Positions 47,017 through 59,006 are shown, counted from the whole stretch's first letter. The stretch is 63,061 bases of DNA, filler included, from Licmophora abbreviata (GCA_900291995.1; 13 parts of 13 records of this genome joined end to end with filler, not necessarily neighbours in it); one strand, 5' to 3'. Notes: generated by a model not told the origin, from the letters alone. Translations and numbers: made by a program.

Positions 47017-48768
47017 ATGAACTTCTCCCCTCCGTTCCGTCGTCTCGGAATGGCGTTAGTTGTAGCCCTGGCGTTTTTGACCCATCCCAGTCATCCTGGC
47101 GTTTCTGCCGCAAGCCTTGAACAGCTGGCGGCATACGGCGTCAAGACCGGACCCCGGAGCAAAGTTGACGATTTAGACAGGGAAGCTTTGAAAAACCTTG
47201 TGGCATGCCATCTTCGAGGTACTGCATCGGACAACGAGAAAAGACTACTTCAACAGCTTGTCGACGACCACCACGCGAACTATGCTGGTGACGGTCGTGC
47301 ACAGAATCTACGAGGGCAGCATTCGTCCGAGCGGCGTCTTGACATCGCATCGTTTCTATTTCGTCTGTTTTCCGGATCAGGTACGGAAAGTGAAGTAGAG
47401 CCAGTGACAACGGAGCCGTCGGTGGCACCAAGCGGTTCCTTCGTACCAAGCGCGGCTCCCACGACCGTTTCGTCGGCAAGTCCGACGATGATCAGTCAAA
47501 CCATGCAGCCGACCATTCGAAAAACCCCACAGCCAACTGTTCGAATCACATCACGACCAAGCTCATCTCCGACTGGAACAGTGATAGCTCCTCCAGATGG
47601 TTCTGCATGCTGGAACACAGCGAACGAAGTTACTCTCAGTGACGTGCTCTTTTACCTGAACGACCCAACAACTTTCGACCCCACGGCACCACGTATCTAC
47701 ACGTTCTGTCCTGGAACGGTCGTGAACATAGGTTACCTTGGCCCCGGGACAGGTCCTCTTCCGTTTACGTTGGTGGGAGAAAACCTTCCTCTCATCCCGC
47801 TTAATCCGAACATGCACATTCGATGCGGCGATTCCGGGCAGAGCTCGAACAATTGCACGTTTGTGGGTGGACAGGAGCAGATAGCGACACAAGCGGATAC
47901 CTCATTACTCAGTGTACTAATACCTTTCCTTCCATTCTTGATTCCTGGGCTTTCTTCGATTCCGGTTCTACCGATGGACTACATTCCAGACTCGTCCAAT
48001 TTAGTGGTTGAAGGGTTCACTTTCGAAAGGTCGGCCGACTTTGAACAAGATGCAGATGACCACTCTACTATTTACCTTCTTGGTCCTGGTAGGGATATGG
48101 TTATTAAAGACTGCATCTTTCGCAACAACGGAATCAATGGAGAGGCTACTGCGGTTGCGTACAGCGCCGTGAACCTGCGACGCGATCCCAACGCGCAGCT
48201 GATCAACGGCGTCTATAGCAGCCTCACAATCATTGACACCGTGTTCGAGGTGGGTAGCGCCGTGTCTCTGAATTGGTTCCATTTTGCCTTTGTGGAAGGT
48301 CATGTACAAGCCATCTTACTCTTCTCCCTCTTTCTCCTCTTTCAATCACAGGATAATGAATTCTCTGATGGTGTCGTTGTCACGAGCTACATGGGCACTC
48401 CTCAAGAGAACGACAACCCAGCCCTCATTGACCTGACTGTCCAGGACTGCACTTTCACCAACAATTTCATTGGGGGCCCTTCCTCATGCCTAGCTGTGAT
48501 AAAGACGGACTTGCACACGAAGGCGACCGTAGATAAATCCTGCTTCACCGACAACACTATCACCGGGACGCCCGTGGAAGCAGCAGTCGTGTCTAGCTCC
48601 GACGGTATCTTTTCTTACACGAATCTGGCTGGAACCGGAAACACGCTCCCCACCTCGGCAACGTGCGATGACATTGCCTTCTACATGCTGGATGGAGCCA
48701 TGAGTTCCATCGCCAGCGCTACATGTGCCGGCTTCGATGCATCAGTCTGTCTTGCCTATATTGCATGA
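47017..48768 (+). CDS. PST-stalk secreted family member 4 (intron 48250-48351, in frame and stop-free)
   Basis: Signal peptide, NLRG...ERRL, conserved domain; DTVFE|DNEFSDG. The start ATG is uncertain. Confidence 0.85.
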   Translation: MNFSPPFRRLGMALVVALAFLTHPSHPGVSAASLEQLAAYGVKTGPRSKVDDLDREALKNLVACHLRGTASDNEKRLLQQLVDDHHANYAGDGRAQNLRGQHSSERRLDIASFLFRLFSGSGTESEVEPVTTEPSVAPSGSFVPSAAPTTVSSASPTMISQTMQPTIRKTPQPTVRITSRPSSSPTGTVIAPPDGSACWNTANEVTLSDVLFYLNDPTTFDPTAPRIYTFCPGTVVNIGYLGPGTGPLPFTLVGENLPLIPLNPNMHIRCGDSGQSSNNCTFVGGQEQIATQADTSLLSVLIPFLPFLIPGLSSIPVLPMDYIPDSSNLVVEGFTFERSADFEQDADDHSTIYLLGPGRDMVIKDCIFRNNGINGEATAVAYSAVNLRRDPNAQLINGVYSSLTIIDTVFEVGSAVSLNWFHFAFVEGHVQAILLFSLFLLFQSQDNEFSDGVVVTSYMGTPQENDNPALIDLTVQDCTFTNNFIGGPSSCLAVIKTDLHTKATVDKSCFTDNTITGTPVEAAVVSSSDGIFSYTNLAGTGNTLPTSATCDDIAFYMLDGAMSSIASATCAGFDASVCLAYIA

Positions 48769-49307
48769 GACTGCTATGGCTGATTCTGGCATTTTTTTAG
48801 AGTTCTAGGTAGTGGTTGTATTTGTTCCGTATTAGCTTGAGTTATCCATTGTGTACTCTTCATGTTGCTGCTGGTGAGATACATACAACAACTTCGATGG
48901 GGAGCTGGCAGTGAAAACGTATGTCGAAGCGGGGGCGCCAGGTCTTTCGCTGTTCTAACAGTCAGCCGTTTCGCTCGCCCCAGCACGAGAACCGTTCGAC
49001 CTCAGAACGTAACCCCCGTTTTAGTTCGAGAGTTTGGCGCTTATCCCCGACGAGGATGGTTTTTAGCCACAAAATAGAGGACACAGCGATGAAAGGTGCT
49101 TTTCTGATCGTTGAGTTGTTTCCATGCATGTACCTCTGCTGCGTAGACCTGTGTACTGCAGACCCACCGTCGATCATATTGTATTGATTATTGTAGACCG
49201 TCGCCACAGGGCGGAGTGGAGCCCTGCAACGTGCCCTGTATGCGGCCGCTCCATCAATGCTCTTCTATCCCGACCCAGCACGTGAGCAATCAACCATGTA
49301 GCGTCAC

Positions 49308-50570
49308 TCATGGCTCCTCTGCATCCGTACCATCTGTTGCCGCCTTGTTGTCAAAACTTGCGCTCTCGACACTGTCGCCGATAGCAGCACCCGCCTCCTC
49401 CACACCACCAGAGGCCCTAATAATTTCCGAAGAGCAGACAGTGCTGCAACGCTCTCCTTCTTCTCCCGCAGTGTTACTGCTCCCAATAGCGGTCGTTCTT
49501 GTTACTGTGCTTTCCACCCTTGTCGCTGGGGATCTGGGAGGGGCCAGTCTCTCCACTATAGGACGCAGACAGGACAACGTTCTCCCTTGCTGCGTGAGGG
49601 ATCGAAAGCTGCGTCGAAAGTAAACGAGAGCATTGAAGAATCCCTGCAAGGGACTCAGAAGTTTTGTCAAGAACGCAAACGCAAAATAAAGTCCCTTGGA
49701 ATGCGCGGTAAAGTCGTTGCCTAGGAACATGATGCCGACAATCGGGCCGTACACGACAAAGAAGACACCAATGTACCATAAGGCCTGTATCCCGGACTGT
49801 CTAGTGCGCACTAGCGAGTTGTTGCGTCCTCCGGCATAGTTCCGAAGCCTCTGTTCCGTATGTCTTACTTTGATAACAATGAGGACCATGCAAATGATGA
49901 TTCCGATCCACAGCAAAATGATCGTGCCAGCCGATGCCCCCGCTTCGTAGCCATCACCTCGTATGCAATCGATGTCCTCATTTTCTTGACATCCTGATGG
50001 ATAGTCATGCGTCCAACACCATCCTGGAAGCTGCACCATGGGATTCATCTCATCCTCCACCGCATAGACTATCCCAGTGAATACAGGAAACAGAAATCCA
50101 AACAAGTGTCCAAAGTTCTCTGCCCACCGCGCAATACACCGCTCGCGACATTCGCACTTGATGCGCAGCGCAAAGCACAGACTGAGAAAGAAAGAGTACC
50201 ACATGGCCCCAAAAATAAGATTGAGAAAGAACCCCGAAATCGAACACGTCCTGGCGGTACCAGCGGCGCCCGGAAGATCAATGTACGTCGGTACCGTCCA
50301 GTGTCCCAGTACCACCATGCCGAGTGAGTTCATGAAATTCAAACTGCTCAGCCCGAGCATGAGACGATTGTAGGTTTCCTTCAATCTTCGCTTGCGTTCT
50401 GCGATAATGACATAGAGAATTAAGCCAGAACCTAGGACACTGAGCGGCGCTGTAAAGTAAGGAGTGATGATCAAGACCATCTCTTGCGCGGCCGTGTACA
50501 AAGATTCTTGCTCTGGTAGAGCTGGATCCCCTTCTTCTACGAATCGATGGGCCATCGCGAAGTCCATCAT
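49308..50570 (-). CDS. Seven-transmembrane GPCR-like receptor (diatom-expanded type)
   Basis: About 7 hydrophobic segments; LSVLGSGLI..I, YNRLMLGLS, TCSISGFF, WCW..YPSGC...CIRG, PLQGFFNALVY.R. Confidence 0.85.
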   Translation of the reverse strand: MMDFAMAHRFVEEGDPALPEQESLYTAAQEMVLIITPYFTAPLSVLGSGLILYVIIAERKRRLKETYNRLMLGLSSLNFMNSLGMVVLGHWTVPTYIDLPGAAGTARTCSISGFFLNLIFGAMWYSFFLSLCFALRIKCECRERCIARWAENFGHLFGFLFPVFTGIVYAVEDEMNPMVQLPGWCWTHDYPSGCQENEDIDCIRGDGYEAGASAGTIILLWIGIIICMVLIVIKVRHTEQRLRNYAGGRNNSLVRTRQSGIQALWYIGVFFVVYGPIVGIMFLGNDFTAHSKGLYFAFAFLTKLLSPLQGFFNALVYFRRSFRSLTQQGRTLSCLRPIVERLAPPRSPATRVESTVTRTTAIGSSNTAGEEGERCSTVCSSEIIRASGGVEEAGAAIGDSVESASFDNKAATDGTDAEEP

Positions 50571-50945
50571 TGCTAAGTTAAGTTTAGAAATGAAAACGAC
50601 GGCGTTCTTCTATCCACTCCTGGCGGTCAAGGATCAGCAGCGATCCTCATATGTTGAGTTAATGTCTGTTTCCAGGCTTGATTTTTCGTTACGAATCTCA
50701 AACTGCTCTGGAGCTTCCCGTGTGTTCGCATTCGCCAGGCGACGAGCTCTTGGGGAATTTTATTCCCATTGGAAAAGCTCGAATCGTACTACATACAAAA
50801 TGTCGGAAGGATCATGTACGAATAGTCTCTCACGGTTCCCACTCANNNNNNNNNNNNNNNNNNNNNNNNNNNNNNNNNNNNNNNNNNNNTTAATTAATTA
50901 ANNNNNNNNNNNNNNNNNNNNNNNNNNNNNNNNNNNNNNNNNNNN

Positions 50946-53246
50946 ACCCTGTTTTAAAAGTAGATAAAGAAATGTATCATAGTTAGCCATGGCGTTAGAA
51001 GCGTCATTCTCAAGAAGCGCGATTCGAGCGAAACGCCGTCGTGCTGTTTACGTACCTCAAATATAGTATCCAATATGGTGAGACTGGCGTACACGCCAGT
51101 CCCAATCTGCGCAGCTGGAACCCGTGCCATATACACAGCACTATGTGCCACCGCAGTGGCTTCTCCATTGATTACGTTGTTCCGAAGATGCAGTCCTTGA
51201 TCACCATATCTTTGCCAGGACCTATAAAGGCCACTGTTGCGTGGTCGAATTCATCCTGCTCAAATCCCGCGGACGATTCGAACGTAAAGCCTTCAACTAC
51301 GAAGTTGGAGGAGTCTGGAGTATAGTCGTCCGGTAGAGCCGGTATCGCAGGAAGCCCAGGAACCAAGAAGGGAAGGAAAGGTAGAAGACCAGACATCAAT
51401 ACTCTATCGGACTGTGTCAAAATCTGCTCCTGCCCGCCCCGAAAAGTGCAGTTGTTCGAGCTAAGTCCAGAATCACCGCATCGAATGTGCATGTATGGAT
51501 TGATTGGGATTATGGGAAGGTTGTCTCCCACCAGCGAGAAAGGAAGGAAGCCTGTCCCCGGGCCAAGGTAGCCAATATTCACAACCGAACCTGGACAGAA
51601 GGTGTACACGCGAGGCATTGTGGTGTCGAAAGTTGGGTCATTGAGGAATTTGATCAGATCTTCAAGCGTAGCATCATTGGCCCTCTCCCAGCAAGGCGAA
51701 CCGTCAGGGGGCATCATTATAACTCCAGATGGAGGTGCTGTCGTCGGGCTGCTCGAAGGGCTTTTCGTCGGCGCAATGGTTGGACTCATCGATGGTTCAG
51801 TAGTTGGATCAACAGAAGCAGTCACGCTGGGTGCTGATGACGCCGCGATGCTTGGAGCCGAAGACGCTGCAATGCTTGGAGCCGACGATGCAGCAAGGCT
51901 TGGAACCGACGATGCAGCAAGACTTGGAGCCGACGATGCCACAATACTCGGGGCGGACGACGCTGCGACACTCGGTGCAGAAGACACCGCCGCGGTCGGA
52001 ACCGAAGAGCCGATAACGCTTGGGGTTGAAGACGCCGCAACGGTTGGAGCTGACGAGGATTCAACCACAGGAGAAGCGCTTGACGGTAGAGTCGGGCTAT
52101 TGATTGGACTGCGGGACGGAATTCGCGATGGTTCCGAAGACCCGACAATACTCGGAGCGGAGGAAGTCTGTACAGTCGGTGGTGGACTTGGTGCCGCCAC
52201 AGGACTGCTGCTGGGACTGGATGTCGGTCTATATGACGGCGAGTTGGTCGGTTCAGCGTATGGAGATGCACTCGGCGCCGATACAGGACTTTCGGTTTGG
52301 CTGGGCAATGGAGCACCGTTATTGGTCGTTGTCACCACGGTCGGCGACATGCTGGGTGTCATCGTCGGACCGTCGGTGGGATCAAAGGTTGGTCCAGGCG
52401 ACGGTGCTGCAGAATCCGAACTGCTCGGGACCGCCGAGTCCATGGCCGTGGGCGACACGCTTGACATAGCTGTGAGGCTGGGTTCCATAGATACGGGCCC
52501 GGACGAGGGGACATTGCTGGAGACAGTGGTTGGAGAAGCCGAATCTGCGGCGCTTGGGGCTGCCGAGTCTCTGGCCGAGGGCGACTGGCTTGGTATTGGA
52601 GCAAAGTTCGTCGTAGTTGCCTGAGCAGATGGCGAAGCGCTCGGGACTGCACTTTCAGTAGTCGTTGGCGCTACCGTGATGGGAAAGTACGAGCACTCAA
52701 AGCAAGTTCCGTAGGCGGCGTCGCCATTTCCTATCAGGGAATCCTTCTTGTCGTCAAACTTTTCACCCTTTCCATCGTAAGTGTACCCCGCAGGACAATC
52801 CTCGTCAGCCTCAAACGAGTCTCCATCATCGACAAGTAGATAGCAGGTGGTTCTGGTAGAGTCGAAAGAGCTACCAATGCACTGCCGTGATGCAAGACAA
52901 AACGCGGTGCACTCCGTTTCTGTGTCGTAGTCGGTGATGTTGTCATAGCCGCAGAACGAGGGATAGTTGTTCGTTCCAACGACGAAACAGTCTCCAATAC
53001 CCCTATCGATGCAGCTCTTGGTAGAGAAGGTGACCACGTCACCCTCGCCACTGCCACCCTTTGAAGAACCCCCAAAAGCTCCGTCCTTCTTTCCGTATAG
53101 AATGCGAGCCGCAATTTCGGCGGCAGAAGCTTCATTCACTCCCTTGACACGACGGTTCGTCCTGTTCCTAACGCCCGCTTCGACTGAACAGACCAAGAAG
53201 GCGAGAATAAAGAAGCAATGGACTGCATCCTCGCTGATGTCGTCAT
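50946..53246 (-). CDS. PST-stalk secreted family member 5 with extra PAN/apple-like Cys module; two apparent 1-bp deletions; exon 2 lost in gap
   Basis: Conserved domain present. The frame breaks near 53225 (signal peptide lacks an in-frame ATG) and near 51184 (CIF-RNN becomes CIFGTT*). Intron 50949-51055. Confidence 0.75.
51830..52050 (-). repeat. 24-bp coding repeat, SSAPS(I/L/V)AA
   Basis: About 9 degenerate octapeptide units visible in the translation. Confidence 0.85.
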
Positions 53247-54337
53247 GGTACCCTCAATCCACTGGCGATCAACTTTTTGCACTTGACACTTTTTTCCCGC
53301 GAAAAAGGCGATGGGACGCAGTCGGAGAGAGCGCCAGCGCATCAGCCCTCGCCAAAATATCAACCATATTGGCGATCATTCGATAATTGCATCTTAATTA
53401 TTGTAAAAGAAGATCTATGCATAATAATGTGCTGACGTCAATTATTGTTTCTCATCAGATGAAAGATGCCTGGTACTGAGCACTTAGGACCCACCCTCTT
53501 CTTCAGACAAGGAGTCACCGTATGATATGATACGTCCAATCAATCGTGGGAGTGACAAAATATGTACTCGGAGTATGTACACACGCTGCCGGGGTGCGCA
53601 GGAAGATTCCTCTCATAAAAGTGCGTGCGGGGATGTCTTTGTTAGATCTATCATACAGGCATTAGCAACGGCTGCAAGGGGGGAGAACGGTGTTGCCATG
53701 CGAACAAAATCGGCCTTGCACGAGTTGCAACTTCCCTCGGTTCTATGTTCATCAGTCAATGTTCAAGCACGCGCGCTGCGGCGTCCACCGAAGGTTATAC
53801 TCCCCCGATCCAAACAATTTGCGCGCTCAGCAGTAGACACATCGGCAGTCCTCATGGTTTAGCAGACGAAAGACGAAGGGCATCATGACCATATTGGATT
53901 AGGGTCTGGGGTAGTATTGGGTTGCAATATTCTTGTTTTCCTTGCCGGGGTCTGGCTTGTCTATGGTGTTTTGTACGCCTGGCATAAGGCGTCCGCTCGA
54001 TTTCGAATACAAGAATATCTATCCGCCCAAGATGATCCCACGAGGCGTTACTCTATATCAGAATGAATAGTTTATTTGATCAATTATGATTTTCGATGGA
54101 ACGGGGTCGATACTTCCTCGGGTGGTACCAATCCATGCAGCTGCCGCTCACCAGCAGCTTCATCAACCTAGGCAGCGCATGTTGCGGCATCGAAAACAGA
54201 ACAAGAAGTACTGGTGATGGAGGTCAACGTTCCATCCNNNNNNNNNNNNNNNNNNNNNNNNNNNNNNNNNNNNNNNNNNNNTTAATTAATTAANNNNNNN
54301 NNNNNNNNNNNNNNNNNNNNNNNNNNNNNNNNNNNNN

Positions 54338-56690
54338 GTCCTGATGCGAGAGAAGGGAGCAAACACCAATGAAATTGAGCCATTCCAATGAGGTGCGATT
54401 CGAGTGGAACGCCATCATGTACTGGAGTAGTATGTTACTTCGTAGTACGTACCTCAAATACAGTATCCAATATGGTAAGACTGGCGTACACGCCAGTACC
54501 AATGTGCGCAGCTGGAGCTCGTGTCACGTATATAGCACTATGCGTCACCGCAGTGGCTTCTCCATTGATGACGTTATTGCGGAAGATGCAGTCCTTGATC
54601 ACCATATCTTTGCCAGGACCTATGAGCGAAACAATCGCATGATCATACGTGTCCTGTTCATATCCTGCTGACGCTTCGAATGTAAAGCCTTCAATCACAA
54701 AGTTGGATGAATCTGGAGTATAGTCATCTGGCAAAACCGGGATCGCGGGAAGTCCAGGAATTAAGAAGGGAAGGAAAGGTAGGAGACCTGAAATCAATAC
54801 GGTATCTGCCTGGGTCGTGACCTGCTCCTGTCCACCCACAAACGTGCAATTGTTCAAGCTTAGACCAGAATCACCGCATCGAATGTGCAGGTTTGGATTG
54901 AGTGGGATGAGAGGAAGGTTTTCCCCCACCAACGTAAACGGAAGGGGACCTGACCCGGGACCAAGGTATCCAATTTTCACGACCGATCCAGGACAGAACG
55001 TATAGATACGTGGCACATTGGGGTCGAAATTTACGGGCTCGTTCAGGTAAATGATCACGTCATTGAGAGTAACTGCGTTCGTAGTGTTCCAACATACAGA
55101 ACCATCTGGAGGCAGCATCACTACCCCTGTCGGGGAAAGGCTTGGCGATACAGTTGGAGTTGTCGTTGGGCTTGTTGTGGGTACTGAGGTTGGGCTGATC
55201 GTCGGATAAGTTGTGGGGGTCGAGGTGGGACTAGTGGTTGGATCAGATGTGGGCTCAAATGACGCGGCTATGCTCGGAGCCAAAGACGCTGATACGCTTG
55301 GTACGGATGAGTCTGCACCACTTGGTGTCAAAGACGCTGTTATGCTTGGGGTTGAAGAAATCTTGGCCGTGGGTAGTGTCGAAGGCACTGACGACGGACT
55401 ACCAGTTGGGATGACGGTTGGGACAAAGCTTGGTCCACCCGATACCGTGGTACTGGGGGATAAGGACGTCTCAATCGTAGGACTGTTAGTCTGACCAGCA
55501 GTCTGCCCGCTCGACGGTACGCCAGTTGCCACGGCCGTAGGGTCAGAAGATCTGGTCCCAGTCGGCGGCGCACTTGGTACCGACGTAGGACTGGTGGTGG
55601 GATCAAATGTCGGGACAGGCGACGGTGCAGTAGTTGTGGCGATCGTCGGGCTCGCTGAACTAGTGCCAGTCAGCGAGGGACTGGGCTCCTGGGTAGGATC
55701 AGATGAGGTTGTTGGAGACGGGTCGCCCGTTGTCATTGCGCTCGGAGAGAATGAGTTCTTGTCCGTGGGTGATCCGGTAGGTATGGACGACATGACAGAG
55801 CTCGGGTTGCTGCTGGGTTCTAAAGTTACCAGGGGTGGGCTCGGCTCTGTTGTTGTTGTTGTTGTTATTGTTGTTGCTGCGGGCGATGGAGCACCACTTA
55901 CAGAATCAACGGTTGGTAGAATGGACACTGCTGGACTCGGGGCTTGTGAGTCCTTGGCTGTGGGTGACACCGTTTGTGGAGTGCTGTTGGGTTCCGGAAT
56001 CTCCGGCACAAAGGTCGGAGCACTGCTCATGGATTGAGTCGGATAGGCTGATTCAGCTATGCTCGGGGCAAACGAAAACTTCTCAGTGGGCACTAAGCTT
56101 GGCGTAACCGATGGATTGATAGTTGGTCCCAATGAAGGCCACGTGGATACACCCACGCTCGGAGCTGACGACCCTTCGAAAGTGGCTGGTATATTTGACG
56201 GCGACGGAGAAGTCCCTGGTGACCCCAAGGTTGGTGTAGTCGAGTCCACAATACTCGGAGCTAGCGATACCGTTGCAGTGGGTGCCGAGCTGGGTTGCGA
56301 CGAAGGATTGTTGCTGCCGGTCGGCACCAGTGATGGTGCACTACTGTCGGCAACGCTTGGAGCCGCGGAGGCTTTGACCGTGGGCGACATTGACGGCCAT
56401 ATAGATTCAGTGATACTTGGAGCGAATGTTGCGTTCGCACTGCCGTACTTTTCAAAGTCCAACCGCAACACTCTGTCGTAAGCGTCCACCACGTAGGTCG
56501 TGGCTTGCACGTACTTCGTCGCAAGCCCCTGGACAAATTTTCCACGTTCTTCCAGCAACTGACGAGCTGCATGTCCTCCACGAAGGTTCTGTTCCCCGAC
56601 CGAGGAAGCTTTAAGCTCGGCTCTGACTGAACAAGCCAGAATATGCAACACTAACCCTATTACATGGCGCATCTTTGAGGACATGATCAT
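54338..56690 (-). CDS. PST-stalk secreted family member 6, longest stalk; exon 2 lost in gap (intron 54341-54452)
   Basis: Signal peptide MRHVIGLVLHILACSVRA, NLRGG..RQL, over 400 aa of P/S/T, PPDGSVCW conserved domain, DTVFE|D. Confidence 0.85.
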
Positions 56691-57574
56691 CTTGGTCGAA
56701 GCAACAGAAAAGAGAGTGACTCCACAGAAGTGACATCTGTAGACGATATGACGATCCACGCAGAGAAAATGCATTGATAATGAGCCTGCGAAAACAAATT
56801 ACCCCAGCGAGGTACGTCTCAGACATTGCATGATACACCCCCACAATCATCACCGGATCGTACCCCGAGAAGCAAGGACGACAAAAAGACCATACTTCCA
56901 CCCAGACTGTCGCAAACGATCTGCACCATCGTCGAGAACCCTCGCTAGGCTACAATTCCCATTCTCTCATTATGTTACTGTAGCATGAAAGGGACGTACC
57001 ACCGAGAAGCCACGCTTGACGAAGGGAGCCGTCGCCGAATTTGAAAAAGGCCTCCGAGTGTGAATGGAAACGCAGCCTCAACGCATTCGGACGGAGTCTG
57101 TCGCTCATTGGGACTCATACTTATTATTTGAGACAAAGAAGACAGTGATTAATGTCTTCTTCACATACATAAGTTTTGTCAATATCATAGCTCGCCAACA
57201 AGACAAAACCAGAGTCACAATTTCAACGTGGAGCAAAACAGCCTGCGGAGTGGGGAGTGACCAGTCTAGACACCTTTACCTGGTACCAGGTACTGTACAG
57301 GGGATTCCACTGCATTGCAATCATCTTCCAGCATGTGGTACAGTACCTGGTAGATTGCATGAAAACAGAGACGACTGCTGATACGGCACACCCGAAGCTG
57401 TAGTTCGAGCTCTTGGGTTGAAAAACATTATGTCGGAGAGAGCTCAGAGGCTCCTGAATCCTGAGTGATGGCAGCGTGACACTTTCAACTTGACGCAATC
57501 TCAAATCTAATGCGAACAATCTCCCGGGACAACAGAAAGTCAAAGGAAAGGCTTGTTCGCGACGAGACGAAAGC

Positions 57575-58906
57575 ATGGACGTCGAACAAGAGCTCGCTGT
57601 CGACTCAGGGCTGACTGAGGACGCCCCCAAAGATCAGGGAGAAGGCACACTAACAAATGAGGGCGCCAGCAGTGAAAGAGAAACAAAGACTGCAGCGGGT
57701 AGCAACATCGTGAACCCGAATCGAACGTCCGTATACGATGACATTGCNNNNNNNNNNNNNNNNNNNNNNNNNNNNNNNNNNNNNNNNNNNNTTAATTAAT
57801 TAANNNNNNNNNNNNNNNNNNNNNNNNNNNNNNNNNNNNNNNNNNNNATATGCAGTCATCCGTGCGCCACCCCGTCGTAAGATTGTCGTTTCATTTCGGG
57901 GATCAGCGACAACTAGGGACTGGTTGATGAACATGCAGGCTGTACTCCGGGATGTACCGAATCCAGTCGAGGAAGAGGGACAGCCAGAGGTGATTGGGAT
58001 TCATCATGGATTTCAAGGTATGCGACCGAATGGTTTGTGATCGTGCCCGAATGTCATCGTCGCTCGCTAATGCCCTACAATCGTACGACGTACACAGAAT
58101 ATCTGTATGGACAGCTCAAAAACAAACAGGACGCGAAGGGCGCTACCGCCGGTTCCAATAATAGCCATGCAAAGCGACGACGGCACGATCTGACGAACAA
58201 GTGCCAGAAGATTCTGGCTCACGTCGGTCGGCTGCTTGAGGAGAGCCCCGGATTTGGCCTCTGGGTAACGGGCCATAGCTTGGGCGGTGCGCTAGCATCG
58301 CTGGTCGCGTTTGAAGCAGCAGCGTCCGCGGATCCTAGAATTCCGAAGCCAGTCCTATGTCATACCATCGGCGCACCGAAAGTAGGCAATCTACAATACC
58401 GACTCGCGGTAGAGGTAAGACCACGGTCGGTGGGATGATTGGTGTTCTAAGTTCATTTTTTCTGACTTTTTGAAAATGTTCAATGGCTTAAGGCTCTCGA
58501 ACGACAGGGGAAGTTGCGTTTGGTGCGAGTCGAGAACCAAGGCGACGCAGTGCCACTCGTCCCCGACATGTCGCTGAACTGGTGCAAAAAGTCGATTCTA
58601 AATATTTCCTATCGGCACGTCGGAATGAAGCTATCACTGTTGCCTGCGTGGCGGAACTCGTATCGTCTCTATCATCCAACGTCGGGCGACAAGGGAAAGT
58701 GTCGATTGTGTCTGTGGACTATGTCGCGCCGTGTCAAACACACGGCGAGTTTCTTGGTGTGTGCGCCCCTCGTCTGTCTGACCTGCTGTGGGATCAGCCG
58801 CAACGCTCTTCTAGCGCATGGATGTTTAGAATACCTGCGGCGATTAGAGCACTACAAGGGCAGCCTTGACAAGATATACCTGGACGAGCTGTACGACGAC
58901 TATCTA
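57575..58906 (+). CDS. Class 3 lipase, copy 1 (gap inside and at 3' end; introns about 58018-58097 and 58415-58492)
   Basis: IVVSFRGS..DW, IHHGF, VTGHSLGGALA, GAPKVGN, RVENQGDAVPLVP, H near the C-terminus. The link to the 57575 exon across the gap is inferred. Confidence 0.85.
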
Positions 58907-59006
58907 NNNNNNNNNNNNNNNNNNNNNNNNNNNNNNNNNNNNNNNNNNNNTTAATTAATTAANNNNNNNNNNNNNNNNNNNNNNNNNNNNNNNNNNNNNN
59001 NNNNNN

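Noticed and set aside
51602..52624. 340-aa Gly/Ala/Asp-rich plus-strand ORF
   Set aside because: Reverse-complement shadow of the P/S/T stalk of member 5.
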